This document shows positions 12,701-24,700 of a stretch of DNA of 48,658 nt, in pieces. Each line of letters opens with the position of its first letter. Position 1 is the stretch's first letter. Source of the stretch: Candidatus Omnitrophota bacterium (lineage in GTDB: Bacteria > Omnitrophota > Omnitrophia > Omnitrophales > Aquincolibacteriaceae); NCBI GenBank assembly GCA_043803685.1, contig JAZDJU010000059.1:1-48658 (forward strand), in the 5' to 3' direction. A program made the translations under genes and the position numbers. Below the pieces are notes generated by a model, which worked only from the letters and a program-made list of their open reading frames with translations, was not told where the DNA came from and ran no database searches.

Positions 12701-15700
12701 GGGCAAAGCCCAATAATTAAGAGCGAACCATCCGAAAAGCACAACCCAACCTCCACCCCAGAAGCCAGAAACCGTGATCGAGAGGGCCGCAAGACCCGTC
12801 AGCCACGCAACACCCTTCGGCCTGGCCAGGATCGTCGACCAGAACGTTTCGGTGAGACTGTTGTACAAGAACTTATAGGCCAGCATGGAGATCGCGATGG
12901 GAACTGCCGCGACAGCGCCAGCCCACGGGGTGATCACCGCCATGGACCAAAAAACAAGCACGAGGTCCGAGTACCCATAAAGAGCCTTCCCAACATTGAG
13001 GCGCATATCTGCCCATTGACGTTTCTTGATCCAGTCGCCGACTTCCGCCTCTTTTTTCAGCTTTGCTTGCGCTCTTGCGTCAAGGTCCTCCACACGCACC
13101 TCAGACCGCTTGGTCGACTGCCCTTCGGCCCGTCCTGTTGGAACGGTGAGAGCGACCTTTTTTTCAAGATGCTTATATTTGGACCTTTTAAAGATCAGTC
13201 TGAAAAAAAACGCAATAAAGGCGCCCATGAATGCGTAAAAAAAGATCTGCTGCAGGGGAGCCTCAGGCGTGTTGAAATTGGGGAGAGGAATCTCAAGATC
13301 AGTCCCCGGGATGCGGAGCTTTTTCTCCCCCGCTTCAAAATTAATAGCGTCCGCGAAAAAAGACCTCTCGGCGAACTCGCGCATGGCCTTGACCTTCTCC
13401 GCGATATCTGTTTCGCTCACTCCCTGCTCGCGCAAAGCCTTCTCCTCTGCCGCGATGTCAGTTTGAGAGTAACGTCTAGGGGCGCTGTATTGCTCCATAA
13501 AGTCCATGTTCAGACGGCGCGTCAAGGCCGCGAATTTGTCTGTCACGAGCTGATCGCGTCCGTTGATATCCGTCTCGGGAATGAAAGGAATGAGAACTTT
13601 TCCCGTCACGGTCGGGTCGTTTCCTTTGACTTCCGCGGCGGGGATATGGGAGGTGAGAATCTCGAAAAGGCCGATCCGTTTCGCCGGGTCCGGGTTCTGG
13701 AGATCCTCAAGAAGCGCGAGCCAGAGCGGTGATTCCAGCTTGGGCTTCGGCCGCGGATCGGATTGCAGGCTCGATTCCTGACTGGCCTGATAGGAGGCGT
13801 CCAAAAGCTTCTGGTATTTCTCTTTCACCCTCTGCATGAAATTGTAAAGATCGAGCGGCGTAATGGCATTCGCCTCAAGCATGGCCTGAATACGGGCTTC
13901 AAGGGCTTCCCGTTGTTTCTCTTTCAATTCGGGATTCTCGGCCCATTTCGCCTCCTGCGCGGACTCGAGGCTTTTCTCTATTTCTCTATTTCTGCCAAGA
14001 TTGAAAAATTTCCAAAACCAATCCTTGTCAGACTTCACAAAACCGGCCCGGCTGTAATTAGCAGCTTCGGGACTCTCGGCATCAACACCTTTCGGACGGA
14101 GCTGGTACGGATCCATCGGGCTTCCCTCCTCACCCAGGAAAGCGCCGAGCGTCTGGCTCACAAGATCTTTTTCCGTCCCCTCTGCCCACGGATAAGGATC
14201 CGGTTGTGCGGCAAGCCCGAGCTTCAACAGGCTGTCCGCCTCAAAAAGGACCCTCTTCATATCCGGAGTTGCGCCTTTCGTGGCATTCGCGTCCTTGTAA
14301 ATCTGGATCCCGAGATCAAGCCACTTTTCAACAGCCTCTGAAGGGATCGAACGGTTGTGACTGTCTTCCGCGATCCTCTGGATCTGGTCTTTGAGCTCTT
14401 TCTCGCTTTCATAGAGCTCTTTCCACTCCGTCTCGGAAAGCATGGCGCGGATGTCGGCAAATTTCTTTTTCACCTTCGTTTCCCGATCCTGAACATCCAT
14501 AAACTCCTCGCGTACGACTTTGATGCGCTCCAGCAATACGGCCGGGATCGCTTCACCGTTCTGGAATTGAGCGCGATCAAGGATCTGGCGGGCACGGTGC
14601 AGGATCCTGGCTTTCATGTCCTTCTCGGCGCTCACATCCCTCTCGCCAACCGCATTCTTGATGTCGATCCTATCGATATCCGCCGCCTGTCCCATGTCCT
14701 GGGCCACCTGCGGAATGATGTAGCCGTTCATGATCAGGATTTCGGTCTCGGAGTATCCGGACCGCAACATCTCCCCGGCAAGGGACATCAGGTCGCTCCG
14801 AGAAAATTCGATGGGCTTCGCTTTGAGTTCCGGAACGTTCTCATTCATTTTCGTCAAGGCATCCGCCAGGCGCTGAACGGTCTCTTTGGCGACCAAGACA
14901 TAAGTCTCTGTCTTAAACCTTTCCGCTGTCGCCGCCAACAACTTGCGCCGGTTTTCTTCGAGTGCGAGACGTTTCTTCTCGAGTTCCCCTTCCTTGTTCC
15001 TCAGCGTCCCGTCGCGCTCCTGCGCTATGCGCGCTTTCTGTTTCGAGTAGTTCTGAATGAACCAAGCGGCCTGTTGATCCACGAACGCTTTGATCCTGGC
15101 ATCAAGCGACGCCAGCGCCGCTGGGTCGAGAACCTTCGAAACGTCGGGCGAGGAACCGTAAGTGGCGCGGATAAACGCATCGCGAGCGTCCTTCATCGCG
15201 ATCATGAATTCGAACTGGGCCGCTTCGATCTGCGCCGGGGTGTACCCTTGGGCACTCAAAACCTGGGTCAAATTTGAAAACTGGGACAAACCCCATTTGA
15301 TCCCAAAAACATTATCCGCTTCAGGGCCGATCGTCGCAGGCAGATCCACGCCCAATATCTGGCGATAAAGGAACCGGTAGTCCCTTGCCTCTTCGGCCGT
15401 GTGGCCGTTCAACTCAGGGATCTTCCGGGTGGCCGTCCGCGTATCGATATTCATGTAAAGCTCGGTCTCGTACTTGTCACGAAGATGCTGAATCGCCTGC
15501 CGCTCCCGGATTTCCATCTTAAAACCAGGTCTTTCCCGGATCGTCAAGGCATTGCCCCGGGCGCTTCGAACAAGCCCCGGAAGCGCTTCGGGCGCGGAGA
15601 AAGTCCCGTACCTTTCATAAAGCACCGCTTCCAGGATCGCCGCATCCGCCAACCAGTCATAAATACGCCGCTCGAGAGCACCCGCTTCTTTCGGAAAGAA

Positions 15701-18700
15701 CTTCGCCCCCCGGTACCCCTCGGCGTTCCGGTCCTGTATTTCAAGGTCCCGTGAAATATTCCCGAAGATCTTCTCGATCGGCCAGCGGGCGTGATTTTCC
15801 TTGACCCATCGGACAAGATCTTTACTTTTGATGGTTGCTCTGTTGTCTTTGGTCGGATTCCCATCCTGACCGATGCCGACAAATCCGAATTCTTCTAGCC
15901 GCTTGGCGATCTCCGCCGAAAAATCGCGCACGATACCATCATAGGCAAATTTGTTATCTATGCCTTTTTGGGGTACATAGGGATTCAGTTCATTCCCATC
16001 AGGGTCCTTAAATTCACGCCCATCCAATGCCGCCGCGAGCAATCCGCGCCCGGTCAACAGTCGTGCGTAGAACTGCAATGCCGGTTCAGTTTCCTTCTTC
16101 TCGGCATCCGGTTTTACCTGCTGGGTATCCGGTTTTTCCTGCATGGCATCCAGTTTTTCCCGAAGCATAATGACACGGGAATAGGACGCCAATTCTCCCC
16201 GGGTCAGAAACTGCCGCTGTCCTTTTCCATCATTTTCAACACCCGGTTTCCCGGAGTCGATAACCGGGTAAAGATCATTGGCCGCCTGAAGATACATCTC
16301 CACTTCCACCCGTCTCTCGATATCTTTTTTGGCATTTTCGGCATTGTCCGTCTTTGCGAGGCCCCAACGGATCTGCTCCTCCACCCACGCCTTAGCCTCG
16401 TTCACCGTATAAGGCTCTGTCGAGAGGTCATCGATCGACTTGAGCATTCGACCTTTTTCTTGCTCGGTCATCCAAAAGGGTAATGTCTTGTATTTCCCAT
16501 CTTCCTTGAAAGCATTTATCAAATCGTTCCCGACATTCGCCCTGGCTTTGAGAACGGTGTTGACCCAATCGTAGTAAGTTGCGACCTGTTTTTTGTATTC
16601 TTCGAGACCCAACTTTCCATCGCGATCAAAAAGCCGGTGGATCGTCGTATATTCCGCATCGAGATCATCCGCCCTCACCTTGAGCGTCGAAACTGCAACC
16701 GAAGGCGCTTCACCTTTGGGATTCGTGATTTCATAAATGGCTTTTCGTTTATCAAGAATTTTTTTGGCTTCAGCCAGATAACCCGCGGCCCCGTTCTCCT
16801 TCTTGATCGCGTCGCCCTTGGAGCCTTCTTCGTCCACGCCGGCCAATTTCAAGGTCAAATCCCGGGCCAGCATCACCTGGTCGCCGACCTGGGCACGCGG
16901 ATTGTTCGCTTTTGCCTTATAAGCCCCGTCGCCATCAGTATCCTTCAAATACTGGTCCAACACGGGATTCGCCTTCCCCTTCTCCTCCGATTTCAGAAGG
17001 ACTGAAAAGAGCATCCATATATTGTCCTTGTTGACAGGGGTACCATCCGCATTAAAGAAATCTTTCCACGCGGAGGGTTTCGTCGCGATCTCGCGCGCGA
17101 CGGCGAAAAGCGTCCCGAGCTCTTTTTGGGTTTCATTGGTGATCTGCCCAGTGCCGTCTTTCCCAAGGGCTTTATTCATATTGAACGAGATCTCGATCCA
17201 TTTTTCGATCGATTCAGGACTGAGTTCGTTATATCGCGCATTCTCATACCACGCGGTGACTACGCCGCGATCTTTCCGGCTTGTCTTGATGTCGATCTTC
17301 GGATAGAGCCCTTTCCTGAGGGCATCCGCGATCCGAGGCATGGCGCGATAGGAATCATGGATATCGTCGCTCAGACCAGAAAAAGGACCCGCTTTGAGCG
17401 CCCCAGGACCTTGCTTGGCGAGTTGGTCCAGCACGGGACCTAAGCCCATGGGCTTGGCCTGCTGCAGCATGGCAACGATCCGGTCCGCCTGCCCAGGATA
17501 ATCTGTCTCAGGATACTTTGTTTTCAGGGCCGCGATCTTCTTCTCCGTCAACTCCGCGGGATGCCCCTTGATCCCTTCTTCCTCCACAAAAAAACCATTG
17601 AGCATTAACCAGTCAAACATCTTGGGATCTTCGGGAAAGACCGCTCCAAAAGCGCTCTTCGAGACAAGACCCTGTCCACGGGCATATTGTTCCAGCGTAT
17701 TGATCGTCCGGAACATCACCTCGCCAAAAAGCTGCCCATTCCGAAGGCTCATCAGCTCCTTCTCGACCTCCCGCATATCAGGAATAGAATCGGGTCTCTG
17801 CTTCGCCTCAAGAAAACGCAGCATGACTCCATCCGAAGGGAGCGCTCTCAGCTCTCCCGGTTTCAACTCATAAACCTTCTTGATACGAGCGCGCTCGTTC
17901 TGAAGGATCTCGTCGGCCAAAAGAGCGATCGCGCGAAGGCGGTCGAAACGCACGGCTTTGTCGGGACTATAGATCTTGCCCATAAAGCTCATGAACTGCC
18001 AAGCCGTCAGGTCGGGAAGGCTTCCCATGGCCATATCGCCGTAGAGCGCTGAGTCCCTACCAAAATGTTTAAGATAAAGAGGCCCGACGATCTTACGGAC
18101 CTCGTCAAAATCCTGGAAGGGCTCGCTCACCTGCTTCGAGAACATAAAGTAAGGCGCCTCACTGACCCGGCGCTGAGTGTACGTGTACCAATCGAAGAGC
18201 GCTTCCGTGGCAAATCGAGTCTTCAGCTGTTTCCACCCCTTCTCATCCTTCGGAGCAAAGAAAGTATCTTTGGGATTAGCCATCTTCTGCCGGGCAAGCC
18301 ACCCTTTGAAATCCTCGCGTTTATCAAGGGTCTCGACCAATCGTGCGAAGAGACCGTCCCGGGTCAAAACACCAAGCTCGGCATCGGTGAATTCGATCCG
18401 GACAGGGGCACGATCCTTTTGTTTGCTTTGGGCAGCAATATTTTCAAGGATCTTTGAGAGGAAAATGAAGTGGACTTCCAGCCGCTCAGAAAATCCCTGA
18501 TTGAAAAGATCCGTAAAACGGGCCCGGACCATCGCCGGGACCTTTGAGGCCTCAACGCGATTCAACTCCTGAGGCTTTAATTCTTTCAGGATCGACGCCG
18601 CGTAAAAAACATAGGCCCCCAGAACGCGGAGATCCGTTTTTTCGTCCAGCTCCGTGGCATCCTCCTTTTGAGACATCGCCGCGATGATGTCGGTATCCAG

Positions 18701-21700
18701 AAGGCCTTCGATCACCTGCGCAAAGTGCAAACCCCATTTTTCGTCACGAGGCACTCCCTGCTCAGGATCCACAAGCTTGAGAAACTCCGGGTCCTTCAAC
18801 TTGTCGCGAAGCGACGCATTCCCCTTGCTCCCGGGCTCGGACAACACCTTCATGATCTCCAACATGGCCAATCGCTGGTTGGGATTCAACTGCATGGCGT
18901 TGAACAGATTGACAAAGATATCTTCGACGACGATCACGGGGCTCAATCCCCCCTTGATCCTCCCGTCCTCCTTATTCAGATCCTTCTTGGCGATGTCGTC
19001 CACCCCGAAGATATTCTTCCACAACACCTTCACGGCAGGCTCATAAGCGGCCGCGGACGGATCCCGGTAATCCTGGCGCGGTTCACGGGCCAGCACCTGG
19101 GAAACATCCTTCAATTCCTTGATCATATCCACGGGAGGTTTGGGGGTAGGCGACACGCCTTCCAACTGCTCATCGATCTTTTTCACCTCAATTGCCGCCT
19201 CAGAGATCCTTTTGCCAGCCGCCTCAAGCTTCTCCAACGCATCCCGTTGATGAGTCTCCACCGGCAACGTCTTTTGCGCGACACTTTCAAGTTTCTTCGC
19301 CACGTCTCCGAGTTTCATCAAGGCGAGCGTGCTTTTGAAATTGATCACGGATTTGTTGAGTTCAAAATGAGCGCCGGAAAGCTGCAAGGCATCGATCTCA
19401 AGGCGATTCAGGGCGGCATGGGCCTCATTGATGGTTCTCACCTTGGTGCCTGTGATCCCCTTGGCCCGGTAACCGTTCACAACATCGGTTGCTGAAGTCT
19501 CGGACATCGCGAACTCATTCGCCATTTGAAGCAAGCGCACCCGGTTCTGGACAAACGTCGCATATTCATTCAAAGCCTGCAACTGAATGGACCTCAGGAG
19601 AGGGTCGGATTGCACTTTGGCTAACTCTTTTTTGGCCTCCTCAAGCTTCAGAAGTGCGCCCTGCTGGGCATGGATCAAATGAACCGTAGCCTCGACTCCC
19701 AGGGACTGCGTCGTCCCTAAAAACGCCCCCGCTTGGGAAGTCCCAACACGTTTCTGCCACTCCTCCCTGATCGCGGCGTCCGCCACATTGACGTTTTCAA
19801 TGATGGCCTGATACCGGGGATCGTCCAAAGCGCTTTTCAGCATGTCCCGAACAATATCCCCTTGGATCTCCTCCCCGTTAGAAACCTGGTCCAGGAGTTT
19901 CGTTTCAGGGACATCGATCTTGACGTCCTTCGGGATCTCCGCGACAAATTTCAGCATATTCTCAGAAATGCTAAGGTCCCGTTTGGCCGTCTCCACCATG
20001 GTACGCGTACGGATCATCTCACCGTCGATCGCGGTGTGATCTTCCTTAGCCATTCCGACATCCGCGCTTGCGTTAAGCTTTTCGCGCCAACGAGCCTGCT
20101 CCTCGCGAATCCCCAAAATAGCCTTGGCACGCAGGACATCCTGCCACGCAAGTCTTACTAAACGACGCTTGAGGTCCTGGCGATATTCGTTCTCTTTGCC
20201 AAGCTGTTTGGCCCTCAGCTCATAGGCCTCCGCCTGTCCGCTCTTCAACAAAGCTTCCACAAGGTCCATGGTGAGCCGGACGCCGATCTGAAGATCGTCC
20301 CCCGAACCAAGCCCAAGCGGGATCTTACTCGCTTCCGCGCTCGCCCCGGCATGACGCAAGAGTCTGTATTCCTTCTGAATGTCAGAAAGATCGCGCGCGA
20401 GCCGTTCGTTCGAACTTGCGACACGGTCACTGCTCGCGGCAACGAATTTTTCGAAACTCTCCTGATCCTGACTTATGATCAAACGACCGCCCCGGATCCC
20501 CATGTCCTTTAACCGATTATTTTCCGCGTCCGAAGAGACAGCCCCGGCCCGCGCAGGGCTCTTCACCGCAAGGTCACGCGAACGAAGGTGTTCATTCCTC
20601 GTATGGATCAGAAGATTGTCCGCCTGGGTCGCGCGATTCACTCTTCCGATCGCCGTAAAAAGATCCGCCTCTCCTGCTCCCGTAACCGCACGTTGCTGCT
20701 TCGCTGAGAACTCGACTTGATTTTCCCTATCGAGATCCCCAAGGAGACGTTGAGTTTCCTTTTTTTGGTCCACGGTGTTTTTGACCTGGTAGCCAAGATT
20801 CTCATAGACCAAGGGTTCCCGAAGTAGGAACTTCTGATAATCTTCGTAGACGACCCCAAGATTCGTTCGCGCGATCTGGATGTTAAGATCTTTATCTTTG
20901 GAAAGCGCTCCGGAATAGAGCCGAAGACTCGCCGATCCCCCCAGTTCGCCCACACCCTTGTCGCCCGATGCGTTAGAGAGGAAAGGGAACATGAGATAGA
21001 GTTGTTTGTAGTTCGCCTGCTCCGCCGCGCTCCAGAGCGCCCACTGGATCCGCACCCTCTGATCCGCGACATTCTGATCGATCTCCGGCTCAAAGGCGCG
21101 CCGCTCCGTTTCAGCGACCCATGCTTCCATACCCTGCTTGACCGGGGTGACGTAGTCCTTCTTGATCACACTAAAAGATTGCTCATCCGCGGGGGTATAG
21201 ATCAATGTATCGCCCTTTTCACCCACGTTACGACCCATCAGACGGAGCATTTTCTGCTTCTGCCTGCCATACGCATCCTCCAAAGATGTTTTGGCATCCC
21301 GGAGGAACTCAAGCCGCTGCGTCCCCGACCGGATCTGAATATCAAGATCGTCTCTCTTTGCCTTCGTCTCGTCCAGAGGTAGCTTCAATTCCCGCAACCC
21401 GTTCAACTGATCTTTGAGCAAGACCAAGAGTCCTCTGGGTCGCTCTTCCTGAATGAATGGGGAACCCCCAAGATCCAGCTTCTTCCCGGAAAGATCGGTG
21501 ATCGCGACGATGCGCCGGTCACCTTCCGTTGGCTGAACGTTGACGCGAACTTTTGTTCCGTCCGCAAGTCTTCCAAGATACTGGCCGCCTCCCGCCTCCG
21601 AAGTCACGGTAATGAGACGCTCACCCTTTGCCGTACCGATCACCAGAACCTTCTCAGAACGGGTCATATCTTCGATCCCCATGCCAAGCCAAACGATACG

Positions 21701-24700
21701 GGAGTGGATCTCATCCAGTGCATCACGCTGGTCGAGGATATTTTTGACATACTCACGCGCGTGAGCTTGCTCCAGGAGCTCTGATTCTCTCAGCGCCTGG
21801 TAGAAAAAGTCGAGTTGCCCCGAAAGATCAGGATCCCAAGTCCCGGTGAAACCGACCCCCATGGCCCCGTCAAAGATCCCGATCGATTCGATCCCCCCAC
21901 CCGCAAAGGAATAACCGCCGAGTTTCAGTCTTTCCTTGCTCTTGGGCGGCCCTAGCTTTTCAAGATCCGCATTCACCTGGGAAAGAACCTTTTTCAATGC
22001 GTCAAACTCACGCCCGGCCTGCTCTTTTCTATCCTGGGTCGTCTCAGAAGAATCGCGGACCGCCTGGGCTTGATCCATGAGATCCTTGATCTCTTCTTTT
22101 TGACCTTCCCAAACACCCCGCATGATCTCGGGAAGCATCGCTTTTAGAGCTTCATGCTTGATCCCATTGATCTTCTGGATCTCGGTCATGATGACCTCGG
22201 GAGCGCGAGGTTTGCTCCGGAAGAGATCGCCAATCATTTGAAACACGCTCCGGTCAGCAAGCGCCGTAGCCCGCTCGAATTCATCAAAAAGACCGGCCTC
22301 GGCGTCCTGAAGATCCTCGATCATCACCTCACGTTCCTTGGCGTCATCGATCTTGCCGTCAAGGTTCACATCCAGGGCATCGACCTTCCCTACGAATTTG
22401 ATCCCCGCGGCACTCAACGTCTGGATCATGCGTTCCCGGAGCTCCCGGGCCCGTAGATCCTCGAAACGAAGGTTCGCGTTGGATCCAAGCTCCAGGTTCC
22501 GCTTCGGATCCGTCACATCGACCGACGTCGGAGAACCCGGAGACCCCAACTTGGCCTCGAGCTGCGTGAAATATTCCGCATCGAACGGTTTGGAGCTCTG
22601 ACCCGCCTTGGCTTTTTCTTTATCTTTCTCAAAATCTTTTTCGAATTTTGAAAGAGTCCCGGACACACCCGCCGCAAAGCGATCCACCTCGATCTGGAGC
22701 CGCTCCTGCTCGTGATACGCATGGTTCATGGCGGTTCTTTCGCGGCTATAGTTCTCAACTGCCGACTTGAACCGTTCCGCCCAACCCGATTCCTTGAAAC
22801 GCTCCCTTTCCAGATCCATAAGCTCTTGAGCTGACTGAAAACGCGCGATCGCTCTTTGAGCCGCCTGTTGGGCCGATTCGACGCGCCCCTTCAGATCCGC
22901 CAGGTTCGCCTCGATCCCTTGAGCATCCAGGAAGTACTGGTACGCCGCGCGGTCGCGGGCGATCATATGGATCATGGGATGAGTTTGGGGATCGCGCGTA
23001 AAGGAAAGCGGGATCCGGAAATCACCCGCCCCTGAAAAATTCAAAAAAATCCGAGGATTGAAAAAGACGGCCATCTTTTCCTGAGCTTCCCTATAGGCGG
23101 TTCCAAGCACGTCCACCGAATACTTCCCTTGAGCGAGCACGCGATCCATATTCATTGCACCGCCCATACTCACTTTGTATCGCGCCAACAGAGCCTCAGA
23201 CTTCTTGCGGATCTCCTCGGCATTTACGGGATCCTTGCCAGCACCTTCCAGAGCCTCATCAAAAACGATCGTTTTTTCCGTGACTCCGATCAAAGCGCCA
23301 ATGGCACGCAGGATCTCGGCCTGTTCCTGAACGCGGGCCTCAAGATCGTACTCGAGATCGCGTCGCGCCCTTTCGATTGCGGCAGCAGCATCCGGATCCA
23401 TACCCGTTTTTGTGTTATCCCTGGCTTTCTCCTCGTCTATTCGAACCTTTGCAAGATTATCCCTCAAACCCTCTGCTAACGCTTTGGAACGGAAATAATT
23501 GTTAAGATGGGTCCGGACTTCACGAACAGTATCCGCCGCCACCCGTTGGACCATCAACTCAGCCTCATCCTCACGCTCTTTCGCAAGGTTGTCCTTAACC
23601 TTGGCCGAAGGATCTGAGATGGAAACTTTTAGTTCAAAACCAACACCGGCATTGATAGGGGCAGCATTAAAAAAATCTGAACCCGCACGGGCGACAACGC
23701 TTAAAGTCACCCCGCGTTCATTCCGGTGATAATGGGCCAACGCCTTCGCAACCTTTTCGGAAGCGCCTCCCACCGTCATACTATGATTGACGGCCTTGTT
23801 CAAAAGCTGATCCAACCCGATCGCTTTTCCATCCGGCCTGTACTCGGGCGAATCGATGATCACGAGCGGGATCGCCGGAGTAACTTTCCCAGCCCCGATC
23901 TCTTTTACCCTCAAAGGAATAGCGATTTTAAAGACGTCGCGCACGATTTCGAGCTCTGAGGGCGAGAGCGGCCCGCCCGGAATACCCTGGAAACTCTCCG
24001 GATCCTTTATGAATTCCCCGAATCGCGCGATCAGATTATCCGTGTCTTCTTTTAAAGCAACCTTAGGATCAATGGCTTTTTTTGAATTGTCCGAGTACTT
24101 ATCTTTGAAGTAATCGTTGAGAGATTTAGCATAGCGCTCACTGAGAATATTGATAACACCTGCTCTCTTCAACAATTCGTCGGAGCCCTTCCGATCCGCA
24201 CCGGTCGCCTGACGCCGGATCTGGTGAAGAACTTCAACCGAAAGGAAAGACGATAATCGCTCCGCATATTCCTCAACACGCGTATCAAGACGGTCCTCGG
24301 CTGCCTCGCGTGCGCTCAGAAGCTGCTCGTGGAGGTCCTTCTTGGGCCGGGTGACCTCTGCCGCGACGCCCATCGGCCCGGAAACGGCCGCTTCCTTGAT
24401 AAGCTTTTTGACCCCTGACCTTTCGATCTTCTGGACAGCTTTTTTCTCTGTTTCAGGGGCAGGTGTCGCAGCAACCTGAGCGGGCTTCAGTTCAGCTTTA
24501 GGAGCGGGCGCTTCGACGACCGTCAGAGGCTGCACGGCGACCTTGGAAGGCGTTGGCGCGGCAATCTTTGCAATGGCTTTTTCGCCGATGGCAATGGGAC
24601 CTGAAATAACGGCCAAAGCGGCCAGCGTATTACCCCCGAGAATATTGTCGACCCCGGCGCCTTTCAAAGGCGTGAGCGTCTGCCCCACGGGAATTTTCTT

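Noticed and set aside
11672..13732. 686-aa plus-strand ORF and the many other plus-strand ORFs in 170..30313
   Set aside because: They are antisense shadows of giant A, mostly in its codon register, with no recognisable motifs. The minus frame carries the coherent domains.
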